From positions 3,990-67,989 of the forward strand of contig DF237448.1 of NCBI GenBank assembly GCA_000708835.1: a stretch of 64,000 bases of DNA, given 5' to 3'. The DNA is from Klebsormidium nitens (lineage: Eukaryota > Plantae > Klebsormidiophyceae). Below are positions 11,424-24,875 of this stretch, piece after piece. The notes beneath the pieces are model-generated. The model worked only from the letters and a program-made list of their open reading frames with translations, had not been told where the DNA came from and searched no databases. Every line of letters starts with the position of its first letter. Position 1 is the stretch's first letter. Both the position numbers and the translations under genes were made by a program.

Positions 11424-12683
11424 ATGACGTCTGCGAGCTACTTCGAGGACGTCATCATGACAGAAGCGCCGCCTCTTCCGGAGTCCGCCACTCTCCGCGA
11501 CAATCCGCGTGCAGCGGAACCAACGGAACAGCGGAGCCCCCTTTCCGAGCGCCTGCTGAACGCCTGCGTTCCGGCGATCCGCCGCAGAGCAAGGAAGTCC
11601 CTCGGCGGAAAGGAGAACAAGGTCGGCGCTTCGTCAACCCCTGCGCAGCCCAGAAGAGAGTCTTCTACTTCGACGCAGTCAGAAGTGTTGGAACCCTCTA
11701 CGCAGATGAGAAGGGGCCTTTTTGCACCGAGTTCAGAGACTCTCGTTTTGGACGAAAACGGGATGATTGTAGAGAGCCTCGCAAACGGGGGCGATCCGCT
11801 GGCAAAGTTCGATTTTAAGATGGAGTCCGCGGAAGCGGAAAGGCGGAAGGAAGCGCGTGGAGTGTTCTGCGATGACTTAGGGGCAGATCCTGACGATGCT
11901 GACGTCATGGAGACGTACCTGAGAGCTCTCCGCGGAGGCTCTGGGGAATTCGGCGGTCGGGCAGAGAAAAGACCGAAGCCGTTCTGGATGAGGCGGCTCG
12001 GGTGGCGTACCCCGGGCGCTCAAGGATTCCGGTTCCGGCCCGGAAAAGCGATTCCGAACGGCGACGAGATGGTCTTCACGAGCGAAGAAGAGCAGCGCCG
12101 CTTCTTCCGTTACTACCCGGACGGAAAGGCCTTCCCCGGGCGGAGCCCTCCATCGCAGCGCGCCACGTTGCAGAACAGGGAATGCCACGTGGCAGGATTG
12201 GCCCGGGAGAAGACGCCCCGGGCGAGACTCGCCGACGAAACGTTCGACGATTCGTGGAAGATGGAGATGCTGCTCGCGCAGGGGCGGAAGCTCGATGACC
12301 TCAGCATGCTGGCGGAGGAGTTCGTCTGCAACAGCCCGTACCGCTCCGCGCGCGCGGCCACGTGGCTCAAGGAGATGGACGCGCGGCGCGGCCCCCTGGA
12401 CCTGCGCGGGGGATCCCCTACGGGGTACGTCGCCTGCGGGCGATGCGGCCGGAAGGGATCCCCCGAGCAGATGACGAAGTGCAAGGGCGGGGTGACGTCA
12501 CGTTTGCTCGGTGGAAAGAGTTCCGGGGCAGAAAAGGGGGCCTGTGAAGAGGGAAGAGGGGCGCCCGGAAAATGCGGTCGGGAGCTCTGCAAGGGATGCC
12601 GGTCGGAGTGTGCGCAGTGCGGGGAGGCGGTCTGCGGCAAGCACAGCTGGTCAGCCGGTTTCGGGTGCTCTCGACTGAGGTAA
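11424..12683 (+). CDS. Uncharacterised protein, low-complexity N-terminus and C-terminal Cys-rich (zinc-finger-like) region
   Basis: Long GC-rich ORF (open from 11379, ATG at 11424). It ends CGRCG...C...C...CGRELCKGCRSECAQCGEAVCGKH...C. The sequence CTGAG|GTAAGC at the stop suggests it may splice on to further exons. Confidence 0.7.
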   Translation: MTSASYFEDVIMTEAPPLPESATLRDNPRAAEPTEQRSPLSERLLNACVPAIRRRARKSLGGKENKVGASSTPAQPRRESSTSTQSEVLEPSTQMRRGLFAPSSETLVLDENGMIVESLANGGDPLAKFDFKMESAEAERRKEARGVFCDDLGADPDDADVMETYLRALRGGSGEFGGRAEKRPKPFWMRRLGWRTPGAQGFRFRPGKAIPNGDEMVFTSEEEQRRFFRYYPDGKAFPGRSPPSQRATLQNRECHVAGLAREKTPRARLADETFDDSWKMEMLLAQGRKLDDLSMLAEEFVCNSPYRSARAATWLKEMDARRGPLDLRGGSPTGYVACGRCGRKGSPEQMTKCKGGVTSRLLGGKSSGAEKGACEEGRGAPGKCGRELCKGCRSECAQCGEAVCGKHSWSAGFGCSRLR

Positions 12684-15000
12684 GCATAAACGGCTTGCTT
12701 ATGGAAGGCATCCGTTTTGACCGCTTCGAGTTTCTCATTTCGAACAAAAGGTTCCGTTCTGCTTTGAAGGGCTTGCAGTCCTTATTGAAAGCGCACATGT
12801 GTGCTGCACAGATTCACGGGTAGTTTTGCTATATTTTTCCAGATCCATTAGAAGACACGTCGTTGTTGAATCTATAGCCAGATCTTATGTTCTGGTTGTT
12901 GCATTAGTAAATTCGAACTTATAACGGCACTGACGGATCTCTCGCCGAGACGAAGTGAAGAGGTGTACGTTCTTTGGCGGATGGTCTGGCAAGAATGTCC
13001 ATTCTTGGAGGTGGCTTGATTTGGGCCTACGTTGATGTACAAGATCATTTGCTGGCACTTACAATCAAAGGTTCCGCAGCCGCTCCATCACATTCCCGAC
13101 CAAATCTCCGTGCCCTATCATCCTTACATTCTCGAAGTGTCTTACACCCAGAGCGTCGTCCATCATGCAGGTTCTGCCTGACGTGTGGTCCAAGCTCTGC
13201 AAACGCTTCGAAGGCTGCTGACGTCACAGAGCGTCACCTGGATGACTTCCCATGCACTCTTTGCGACTCTATGCCACTCTGACTCTGACCACTCGCCGGG
13301 ACTCCTTGGGGCGTCTGTTTGATTAGAGCATTGATCTTATGATCTGGACTGCTTTCCATAATTTCGTGGTTGAAGTTTTGTTTTGGAGTATTGTGACACG
13401 CTCGAGATAGTGCTGTAAACGTTCTGCGTGCAACTGACTCAGTGAGATGTAGCACCGGCAGCGGCCCGTTGAGAAAGTGAATTGAATCGCAGTCTAATGG
13501 TGTCAATAACGTGTGAGTGAAAGCTTTATATTGTGGGCCACAAGAGGGACTTGCCATTTTTGGGACTTGGTAATCTGTATTGAAGCGCCGTACCAAACGT
13601 TAGGAGAGGACTCAGCGACTATGCATGAACGGGCTGCGGAACCTAAGTGGGCACGTAATTACCCTTCCTGTAATCTAATACCTGTTGTCACCACTTCAAA
13701 TTGACTGTCAATTCAGCCGCACTCGCGCATTGAAAATCAGCGATAGTCTCTCGTCTTAGACTCATCATACTTAAGTGGACGTTCGATCCGATACCTTCTT
13801 CCTTGTCATATCAATGTGTCTCATGTCATCTCATCATCCATTTGATCTCAGAAAGCTAGTTATATTTGCAGCAGACTACCACCCGCGACTTTGTCTTTTA
13901 TGCACCATTGTCATAGTACGGCTTCATGAGTGCGATTGGGATCGATTCCACGAACTTTGGAAGCGTTTGGAACCATTCTTTTCAAAATTGAAGCTTAAAT
14001 GTGTCTCAGTGATTAGGGTTCCCTACTCGATCCTTCCAATGGGCGAGATCATCCGAAGTCAACGTACCCATCACCTTTGCCAGCCGCTTGCGCGAAGCTT
14101 GCTTTTGTTTGCACGCATACCGTAGTACGTTCAGAACACATATGCAGGACTCGTACTACTAATAGAACCGATATACTTTGAAGCGTAAAATGCAAGACCA
14201 TCGATCAATTACAGTAGTCGGACCGCGCCAGCCGCCGAGCGGCCCTCGCGCGTTACAAAGCCGCACATCCAACCGAATGATTCGCTCCCGGATTGAGCGT
14301 TCGCTCGACCGTGCGCGACTCCACTTCGATCAGAGATTGATGGATGCCGGCCAGAAATAATTTTGGACGGAACCTCTTGAATCGGTTGATGAGGGAGATG
14401 CCGGCAACTTTGCATCTCGAACTTCAATAACGCTGTGGTGCCGAATGCTTCGACAAACGGTTGCAGACGTAATGCCCACACAGTTCATGCCAGCAAACTC
14501 AAACGGACTGCTCTCTGTGCCTTTCATTCACTTATATAGACCCTGTTAAACGACCCTACCTTAATCCGTTGCAACGTACGAAATCAGATTATTTCCGCTA
14601 CATCTAACACCTCGTACAATTCTCTGCCACCTCCAGCAACACCTCCAGGTTGCGCGCGGCCGCAATAGACCCCTGCGCGCGGGCGCATTGCTTTTAACTT
14701 GAACACAACTTCCCGCCCCTCTATAACACATCAAGGTTTGCCTGCTAACCAGCTCAACTACCAGGCTTGAGTCTTGGGTTATTGGACAATCAACCGGGCT
14801 TGAACCTAGCTTCTGGTTACCCCTGGAAATCTGGCGGGTAACCACTTTCTAACCAGCCCAGAACCATCCTTGCTTAAGGGCCATAAACTCCTGTGTTTGC
14901 GAATCAACCGCACAATAAGCCGTCGAGACGGTCCTCTCCCTTGCGCGCCGCTGCCGCGTGTTTCGCGAGCGGTTTCGTGCAACGGGCGGCTATATTTACG

Positions 15001-18000
15001 TCACGCCTTCTTGAGACAGCCCAAGAACTCGGTCATGGAGAATTCGGCTGAAACTGTCTGCGGCGAAGAGCCGTTTGCTGACGTCACGGGCGGGTTGGGT
15101 GACGTCAGCTGGTCGGCGGCACCGACGTCTGCAGCGGCGGGCTGGCGCTTCCTCATCTCCTGTTGGCGAATATCGACGGTTGAGAAGCTCATATGCAACG
15201 GAAACGAACGGCTACCATTGAAAGCGGAATCGTAATAAGCGACTGTTCAAGAAGCAACTAATCCATACACAAGCTGACGGTTCGAAGCCTATTCTTGCTC
15301 CTCACAAAAGAGGACGTACGGCTACGTGAATAGAAGCATCAATGGTAAAGCAAGGCGAAACAACCCGCAAAAAAAGCGAATCTTCTTCTTATTGCCATCG
15401 AATCTTACCCGCAGAACGATTTCCAGGGCGCTTGCCACGTCAGCCATCCTCGGCCGCTGCGAAGAGTCGAAGTCGACGCACGCCATAGCTAGTTCCACGA
15501 CCCACTGCAGAGACCCCTCAGGCCACGTGCCCTGCAGTCGAGAACGATTGGGCAGGCTGGAATCGGAGGCTCTAAAGCTGCTCGAAAAGCGACGAGCCCT
15601 TCTTCAATGCACTAGACGACGTGTTGTTTACAGAGATCAGAATTGCCGATTTGTAAGCTAGTCAACAGCGGGGTTGAAGCTCCACAAAAACCACAGCGGA
15701 TCTCCCGCTCTGTCCCCCGGACCATTGCCGTTTTCAAATTATTGAACGACCTTATGAGATCGATAGAATGACAAGCTCTGAAAGCAGTATTGAGATTTTA
15801 TCGGGGAAGTCCGGTCGATCAGGGGTAATCTTTTCAACGAACTTCCAGAGCGGTTTGTAAAGGAGCCGCTCTTGAAAAACTCTCGCGCTAGCGACAGAGG
15901 CTTCACAACGGTCACGTTTTAGAAACCCCCGGATTTCCTACCAAAATGCAGAACAATCAGCAAAGGTGCATCTGATAGAAATTCCGGCTCTGCCTACACA
16001 GCGACAGTCAAAGATTTTGCACTCTTCACGAAGCTATCCGCCCTTTGATCGTTCACCGAAGACTCTTGCGTTGTAAATAAAAACTTGACGTGATTGACAG
16101 GACCAAAAAAAGGACTAACCTGGATCAGCGGGTCGGCCAGCGCATCGAGCGGCGCCGCGCTGCTCTGAATGAACCTTCTCGCCCATTGAACGATGTCCAA
16201 GTCTTTCGCAATCACCGCGCGCCGGCCTGAGATGAGCTCCAAGAGAACGACGCCGAAACTATACACGTCGTTCTTGTCGGTCACGTGACCGTGCAAGTAC
16301 CTGCAAAGCAGTCAATCAACTCCGTCCGTCATTATGGGGAATGCGTTCCACGGGGAATCTGTCGTTTTCAACGCGGGCTCAGGTGTGATCGTTCCTTCAT
16401 TTTCTTGATCAGTCACATTACACTTCCAACCTGCAACTCAGCGAGTAGGAGCTCCTCTAGTAAAAGGCTTTCCTCCGATATGCAGAAAGCGGTGCTGGAA
16501 CTCGAAAAGATTGCACGTTGTCCCTGCAACCTCTGTCCTAGGTACAGAGCGCGAACCGTCTTCACTTTGGGACGGGGCCGGAGAGTCATGGATTGACGGA
16601 GATTAGACAGGCATCGGAAAGACCATGCGACCCACGCTTTCGGAAGACGGTCGTCGTCTGGGCTCCTTCAAGAAAAGCTATGACAGCGAGCAGTCCCTTC
16701 ATTCCGGGAGATCTATAAAGGTGACAAATGGGAGGGGCAGAATGCAAGAAAAACGGGCAAACCACTCTGAGATACGCAAACGCAGAGTTCTCAAGAAGCG
16801 TCTACTCACTCGGGGGCCATGTATCCCATCGTCCCAAAGAGCTTCGTCGTCTGGGTCTGTCCGGACTCGTCCGAAACTAGTTTGGCGAGGCCGAAGTCAG
16901 AGACCACCGCGTCCAAACTCTCGTTCAGAAGGACGTTGCTGCTGTTGAAGTCCCTGCGAAAGCACGGGAACAAAGCCGCTCAGCCGACCTTTCCCGTTTG
17001 ATGAATAGTACCCGTGTTCTGAGGTTTGATTCGTTCTCACAAATGTGAGGTCTTTCGGAACGAGGTTTCATAGTCTGAATCCTACACCGTGCACGTCGTC
17101 AGCCAGACTTTCATGAGGAGGCACGTGATGCTGAAGTTTCTTTTTTACCCATTCAGACAAACCGGGTTCCCCGGAGGTGTCTGCAATGAAAGTTGAATGA
17201 AGCCGTCTTCCAGACCTTGCTGTAACTTCACGTTTCTTGCGGGTATTTCAGCTACAAATGTGCCCGCTGATGCTTCTCTAAAATGTTGAGAGCTACTCAT
17301 TGATAATTGCGCGGAAATGGTACCATGCAACATCTGTGGGCTTGAAGAGTACCTGTGAATAACCTGGGGCGAGACGTCATCGTGGAGGTACGCAAGGGCA
17401 CGTGCCGCCTGATGAGCTATGGTGACCCTTCTGAAACAGCCCAACGGGGCGGTCTGGGCAGGCCTTTCTGCGCGATGGAAACGGAAAATTCATCAGGGCA
17501 TACGAAAGTCGGAAGAACGTAAAACCCCTCAAAGAACACGTGAGCAGAGTGCGAGTATATTCGATTGCAGCCTTAGTACGAGAAATCGAGGTAGTGTCGA
17601 GAAGTCAGCCCTGAAGTCTCCTCGCTTTTCGTGTCTCGACAAAATGAAAAAGGTACCGGCATGGGGAAACAAGGGCGCAGAGAAGGAGGCCTGTGAAGCT
17701 GAACAAGAAAGGCCGCTTTGTCTTCATTCACGTATATGGTTGATACCCACACTGTTGTGCAACCGTGCAGACAACTGCTGAGTATCCAGATGTTTGACCC
17801 GCTCTAGCTGCGCTCTTCTTTACATCGTAGTGCTGACATGAAGTAAAGAGGCCTACCTCGTGTTTATCAAGCCGCAACGCTTCAGAGGGACATATATCAT
17901 CAAGAAAGCTGAGAAGAGAGTCTCTTTGTCGGCGCTGGGCACTTTCGTAAACGCTTTCCCAAGAATTGTTGCTTCCGGAGCACTGACAAGACAGATATCC

Positions 18001-21000
18001 GCAGAAGTAAAAACGTACCGTTCCCATCTGCGAGCCAGCAAGTGTTCGGAAACGAGAACTGCCTTCAAAAATTTGGCCCAAATCTCCTCCAGGCTCCACT
18101 TCTAGCTTACCATGCAGTCGTCTGAAGAGGCTCTGGTTGACCATAAGCGGATACACCAGGGCGCGCTCCCCTTTGTCCGCGCAGTAGCCAATGAACTCCA
18201 GCAAGTTGGGGTGCTTCAGTCGGCTCATCATGTCAACTTCGACGCGGAACTGCTTCTCTCCCTGCAAATACGTTACCACACACGTTAGTTTTCGGGCCCA
18301 TAAGTACGGCTGGTTAGAAAGCGGTTGTAAGTCCGACAACCAGACTTGAGCGGATCCCAACTCCGCAACAAGGTTACAGCCCCTGATTGAGCCGGCACAT
18401 CCATTCCACCTCAAAGTCTCTCCTTGGAAGTCAACGAGTGGGGTGATCGATAACCGAGTAGAGTGATCCAGTATCCAGTATTTGAATAGATTGATTAGTA
18501 ACCGAGCAGAGTCATCAGTTGACGAGTAGGGATAAGTCAACAAGTAGAACCATATACTTAAAGGAGCGAAGTGAATTAATCAACGAGTAGAGTGGTTAGC
18601 TGACGAGCTGAGTGATCAGTGCTCGCAGGATGGCTGCGAAGAGTCGCCACGAAAGGAAGTAAGTTCCAAGACCGACGGACCAAAAGTTGGGCTGACTTAC
18701 GTGCTTGCCTGGCAGTGCCGTCACCTTCTCAAGCCGCTTGATCGCGACCTCGCGGTTATCCAGAACCCCGTAGTAAACCCGGCCAAACCCGCCCTCCCCG
18801 ACCAGCAGCGTGGGGCTGAAGTTCTGCGTCGCGTTTTGGAGCGCTGTGAACGTGAAAAGCAACGGCACATGCCCGCTTAACCCCTCCAGGTTAAACCCTC
18901 TAGGGGTTTGAGTAGTATCTGAAGGCGTCCGAAGCTGTGGATTTTCACACTGTTCGGACGAAGAGTCCGAATATGCGGCGAGCTGCGCGTTGCGCTTCAG
19001 AGTGTCGCCGATCGTGCCGCGCTGCCATTTCTTGTTTTCCAGATCGATGGCTATGTGTAACGGTTTCGCCTCCTGGTTTCCGAAACTCTCCGAGCTCGTC
19101 TGAGAGGGGGTCCCCGCCATGGGCTGATAGCCGGCCCCCCCTTTCTCGAGATTGGAGCCTGCAGACAACATGTGAATTAATACAGTTATTGCAGAACGCA
19201 GGAATCGGAAAAGGGACAACTCAAGACGAAGTATGCACTGAACGACTCTTGAAGGAGTCGAAGTAGTTGTACAATGAACTTGGAATTAGTAAAGTCAAGT
19301 GGAGACATAAGGTTGGACTGAGGATCTGGTTTCGAAGCAAGCTGCTCGCAAGAAGTCGCACTCTGGCGTCGAATCTTCTGAGGTGGACGTCTTGCCATGG
19401 TAGTGGAAGAGAGTGAGGATGACTTAACCATGCATCAAAAACTGGATGAACTCAAGGGAGATGGTTTCTAAATAGCCAAGATTACAATCAGCCCGGATTG
19501 ACACCAAAAAACCCTAATACAGATTATTTCTTGCTCCACGCGCGCACCCACCCTTAACCCCCAAACCGAACCTACCCGTCTTAGTGCGCGCGAATACCTT
19601 GTTATTACGTTAGCTTGCTCTCAATGTACTTGATATGGATCAAAAGTGGCACGCCAATTTCAAGGAAGACAACTGTTTTCTAACGCTTTGACGTTTCCAT
19701 GGATGTTCAAGCTAATTAATACACGCATTTTGAAGTCGGGACAATGGCCGTGTTACGTGAGGGACAACTTACCAATGAACGGACCTGACCCGGAGGGGGA
19801 TGACTTATTAGGATCGCTTAGCATCAACTGGGCGCTCTTCCTGCCCTTCTTCAGGTACCGGTGCCTCAGATAAACAACCAGGCAAACTGTCTTGGCCAGC
19901 ATGCCAAAAGCGAGGCACACGCAGATGGTGATGATTGTGTCGGTCTTGCTCCAGTGAAAGCCGCGCCCTGCGCGCGAGGAAAAAGCATCGCGTGTCTGGA
20001 ACTAAGATTATGTGCAGGAGTATCGTAGTAATGAAATGGTTCAAGGTATGATAAGTTCGCCAGCCTGAGGCGGCAGGGGTAGTTTGGGGGTTAGCGTGGG
20101 TAAGGGTGCAGAGGGGGTGATTCATTGGGTTAGGTTACTGGTGTTAGAAAGAGCTTATTAGTCCTGGCTCTCATTTTTCCAGAATAAGTCCGTCGTTAAT
20201 GATACATAAGTTCAACCGTCAAGCAGACTTCAAAGCCAAGCATCCCTGACAAATGTCAGCCAGACTTAGAAGTCAAGCGTCAAGCGTCAAACAGGCTTAG
20301 AGGATAACAACCTTGTCGGTCTTGCCCCATTCGTAAAAGCTGCTTTTGCCCAAATCAAAGAATCGCCACGTGTCAAGAGATTGGACGCTCCAGTGGCAGT
20401 CACATCATGATGGGATGGACTTGAAAGTTGAGCCTCCTATCGTGGCTGTAAATCTTAGTTTAAATCCAATGCAGGTTGCAAGGTATGCCCATGCCAAGAT
20501 CATGCGTGTGCAACTTTTAATGAAGGCATGAAAGGAGACAAGTTCAAATGACGGCTGCCGGCAGAGCGATAGGCTGGAACAGAAGCACGCCACTTGCTGC
20601 CTACAAACTGACCTCCTTCAAAACAGACCTATGTAAGTCAACAGCGCATGTCAGTACTGACAGAAGGAACTTGAGAGGCCTTCACTGAACACTTCAAGCA
20701 CAACAGATAAAGGCAGTCTTTCACCTTGAAAATTCACGACTAGTTGCCAAGCGAAGTCAGAGTACATTCACTTCCACCTTGAAATCTCACAAGTCAGCTA
20801 GCAGGTTACATTCACTTCTCCTTCCGCTTGCCAGGACCTTCGGACCCTTACCACAATTGCAAGTGATGTCAGCAGCGGTGTCGCCGCAGCGGGTTTTGCC
20901 CGCTTTTCCATTGGTGCAGGTGCAAGGGGCGTCAGCAAGGCACGTGCCGTTTGTGGCCAGCTGCTGAGAGCTGTTGTCTTGTGAGGCAGTCAGCTCAGCA

Positions 21001-21050
21001 TAGCAGCTCAACACCAGTAGAAGCACCACCAAAACTCCTTTGCCTCTCAT
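15001..21050 (-). CDS. Receptor-like kinase (RLK/Pelle family) with signal peptide, short 6-Cys ectodomain, TM helix and kinase domain; 9 exons, ~574 aa
   Basis: Exons 21050-20852, 19967-19773, 19158-18701, 18261-18111, 17467-17353, 16953-16810, 16300-16120, 15531-15409 and 15159-15001 join in phase (1725 nt). Motifs: [109 protein letters not shown] followed by [10 protein letters not shown]. Confidence 0.93.
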
Positions 21051-22372
21051 TGTAGCTTCGGCGCAAGCTGCGTTCTTCGTGAAATATTGCCTTTAGGGCC
21101 CCTGAGCCTAATAGGGCTTCTCCTTCGTCCAAGGAAGCCCTTCAAAGTCCCTCTAAGAACAGATATTGTGGCGTCACCCGATGGATGCAACACCGCCTCA
21201 AATGTGACACATCTTCACCAGGTTCTCGAAGGGAAAGCAGAAGACACGGACCTTGCGAGTGTTGGAGGAGACTAAGGCGATGCCGCATGTACGGTATGTA
21301 CTACCTATGTAGCTCCTGTCAAGCAGAATCTTTGGTCATGGCATTTGATTTGACGACTTAGCAGCTTGCTCATGCAACCCTGCTCGACCCTTCAGGCTTC
21401 AGTCTGCATTTTGCCTCCTTTACCTCTGGTAAATAGGTAGTACCTACATTTGGTTAGCCAGCTCGCAACGCCAGCGAAAAGTGCGCCGCAGGCATCGCAC
21501 ACTGCTAGCTAACTAGTGATATCCCCAGTTTGCAAACAGCACGAGATACCTAGGTAGCTACTAGCAGAGCAGTCAGGACCCCTGGCCCCGGGCCGGGGAA
21601 TGCATGCACGGTGTGACTGCAGCAAGGCACCGGCCAGCCAAAGCGCACCCGGTAGAAGAACACGGTCCTGCGAGATATTAGCTGTGAATATCCCCAATGA
21701 TGTCACAATTGACAAGTCTCATCATTGCGTCTCTCGGATTAAAATCTGGCCTGGACCGGCACGGACAATTCGCTGCTCGCACCAGGACTTTTTTCCGAAA
21801 ATTGATTTCCATGTTACAAACCCGGGTTAGGCATAGGTAAGTGCATAGTGTGTTCTGAATCCTGATCACCTTCCTATTGCACTGGATTAAAGTGTAAAAC
21901 AATGTCCTATTGAAGACAATCGCACCTATTTCTGGTGCGATAGGGCCCCCATCACGGTAGTCCAGTGTCGCCAGCTTCCGATCCCGGAGTCCCGCGCCCG
22001 CGGTATTTTAGCCTCAGAGGAATGATTGCCCGGTGCGAGTCACCGCCCGCACTTTTCCGCTAAAACTGGGGTGGGGATGCCGGCCCCCCAAGCCCCACCG
22101 CTCCTTCCTCTTGCGGTCTTTACACTTGCGGTGGAGTGCTGCACTGGAATGTAACTGAAATCAGAGCACTGTGTGCACTTCCGAGTCCACGGGGCCCCGC
22201 GGCAACGGCAGCCGGGCAGCCTTTTATGCATATCAGAATACGCGCGGTCCCGCGCGCGCCTGACCATACTCTCAAATAGCGGCCGCGCTATGGACGGGGG
22301 GTTTCATGCCTAAACCTCGCAATTATTATTAGGGGTTTGCATGGGCCCCCACACGCAGCTAGAAACTTCTGC

Positions 22373-23046
22373 ATGAATGATGAATCATTTTGGAGCAGCT
22401 TCCAAGTTCCAAGCTCGAAGGAGCTGAGCAATGCATGCCGCGGTGCGTACAATTGCGGCAGACTCTAGCTCTTGTCTCCTAGAGAGAGGGCCCAGGGGGA
22501 CCACTTTTGGTTCACCCACGACTTGAAGCTTTGCCCCCGAAAGAGAGCCCACTTCATGGCGTCAAAATCCAGCATCAATAATTGGTGGAAAGAGTTGCTA
22601 GCACTAGAGAAGGAAAGAGGAGGACCACAAGACCAGGGCTTCTGGGCTTGCATGCTGTAAGAAGCACCTGAAGTGAGCTTTCAAGTCCTTCTTATCAATT
22701 ATTACTTAGCATTTTGGCATGTGTCTGCGTTGAATATGTTGATGAAAAGTTTGTGCTCATTGTCAGTACCCTGCTTCACAGCTCGCTGAGGATCGTCAAA
22801 TTGCCCGTTTGCGACAAGTTCTGGGAAGGGGTCCAGAAGAAGTACGAGCATATGTTTCACCTGATCATATGTTGCATAAGTTGTCTAAACTCTTTGGAGC
22901 TGTCCCTGTTACAACTCTGACTACTCAAACGAGCAAAGAATGGCAGAGCGCCCAGAAAAGCTGTGTGTTGTTGGTCTTGGGGGCATGCGGCGAAATTGCT
23001 TTGTGCTTATCTTGGGATTGTCACATTTTGTTATCCCAGCAAATAG
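22373..23046 (+). pseudogene. Nonsense-disrupted spliced gene of unknown family
   Basis: The frame from ATG 22373 (MNDESFWSSFQVPS...) has TAG at 22466 and TAA at 22658, then EAPE|GTGAGC. The phase-matched exon 22782-23046 (cttcacag|LAEDRQIARLRQVLGRGPEEV...|GTGGGG) is open. Confidence 0.4.
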
Positions 23047-24875
23047 GTGGGGACATACGATGCGCTATGTTGACCAGCTCTCAGACGGTACAAATCTTTC
23101 ACATGGTCGTCATATTTTTCAACTTCAGATGAACGTTTGTTATGTGTATGTTCCGTGGTCGTAGGCCCTTTGAGAGATTGCTTTTAGAAGTATGATGCTG
23201 CCAAGGCAGAGTGACAGAACTTTCTTCCAGCAGCAATCTGCATGCCACTCAGGATCTAAAATTTAGTATCTCAGAAGCACGAGGTGCTTCTGTTGTTAAC
23301 TGGTCCTTGCTCTCTGAATGGTAGCATAGCTTATATGCAACAGCTGGATGCAACGGCTCTTTCTAGCATTTCTCATACCCGGATCGATTTGTTGAAAATC
23401 ACCTGTACTAGGTCCAGATATAGGGCATTTTAAGCTAGACTCTGTCGGAGTTACTGCAGTGCACCCTGCAAGTGTAAGGCATAACGGTGGAAGTATCAAA
23501 ACCAACCGGAAGTTAAGGTAGTTTGGGGCAGCATCCAATGCTTCATGGGTTCTAAACATGTTCTATACCTTGTATTGTTGAAAGCTCTTGGTGTAGCTTT
23601 GGGCTGTAATAAGGTTAGCGGCAAGAGTTTGTAGATCTCAAGATGATAGACTTTCTCGTCCATCTCATCGGCTGCAAACAGCTGAAACTCAAGCCACCTG
23701 TCGTGTGCTACAGGTGAAAAGCGGGAGCCCCGATCAATGCAACCAAGGCGCACAGTGCCCATAATCACAGTCGGACAGCTGCATAAGTACCCTTGCCATA
23801 ACCAGTTCTCCCTAGAATCATATTAGAACGGCAATGACCGGAGTGTTCTTCGTCTCCAATAGCAACCCTTTTTAGAGTGCGGTTTCCACGTAGCCAGCCC
23901 ACATTACGCCCCATCAATTGGAGCACTTTAACACCGTCAGGTCCATAGCTGCTCTGGTGTGAAACAGACCCCTTTTACGCTAGAACCTTGGACAGAAGGC
24001 TCCCCTGGGTTGCCCTCAACCGGGGCGCATTCACACCCACGGGCACCGTGGAGAGGTCGGTGCGAATCGGCCCTAGGCCGCACTCCCCCCTGCGGAAGCG
24101 AGGTGTGAAAGAGGGGGGTAGCCCCAGCAGGAAATTTGCCACCAAGCGATCCCCCAAGAAAGTGAAGAAGGACAAACCGAAGATGTCAAGTTTCCAGCGG
24201 TTGGACCTGGCGCCGCTCTCTCCTGAGAGACCCTTCCAGAGGCCAGGTTGGGATTGTTCTTCGCTGTCTCTTGCTGGCTTTGTGTGTGGCCATAGCTTCA
24301 GGAAACCGTTTTTGAGGAAGTCCTGACGTATCCCCTTTTGTATCCCCTTTCCGTTTTCAGTGCTTTGGATGCGATTGTCACCCTCAAATGCTTGTGTCCT
24401 TTTTTTGGATGTTCCGCGTCCCCTCAGCCTGGAGCGTATCTCGTAGAGTTGGTCCTGAAGAGCCGTCAGTGGTTGAAAAACGTGTTGGGGGATACACCGC
24501 TGGTTGTTTAAACCCAACCTCTCGCGAAGTAAAGTGTTTGGTCCAAACTGAATCTCTCAAGAAGCAGATTGTTCTGTCCATATTTCATGTATTACAAAGA
24601 TCAATAAAGCGCAACCCACTGTCAGCATAATGCTATCTGGTGTGATCATATTCCCTGATTAAGGTGTTTTAAACTGTTGTTGCTCTGCCAATGTCTTAGG
24701 GTCTGTGCCTTGCTTGCCAGTCCGAAAGTCGCGTGTTCCTTGCTTCCTTCTTTGTAAGCTTGAACCACTCGACTTTCTGTTCCTTCAGTCCATAATTATA
24801 AACGTGATCTCTTTGTGTTCAAATAATCCTCCATTGTTTGAAATTGATTGCTTCAATTCTGTTCTCTTTACAGTG

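Noticed and set aside
13110-13260. F-box-like fragment on the minus strand (SLRSVCRAW...*WTTLW)
   Set aside because: A short match with stops and no recognisable upstream LPxE motif.
19505-19565. Telomere-like CCCTAA words
   Set aside because: Isolated single units, not an array.
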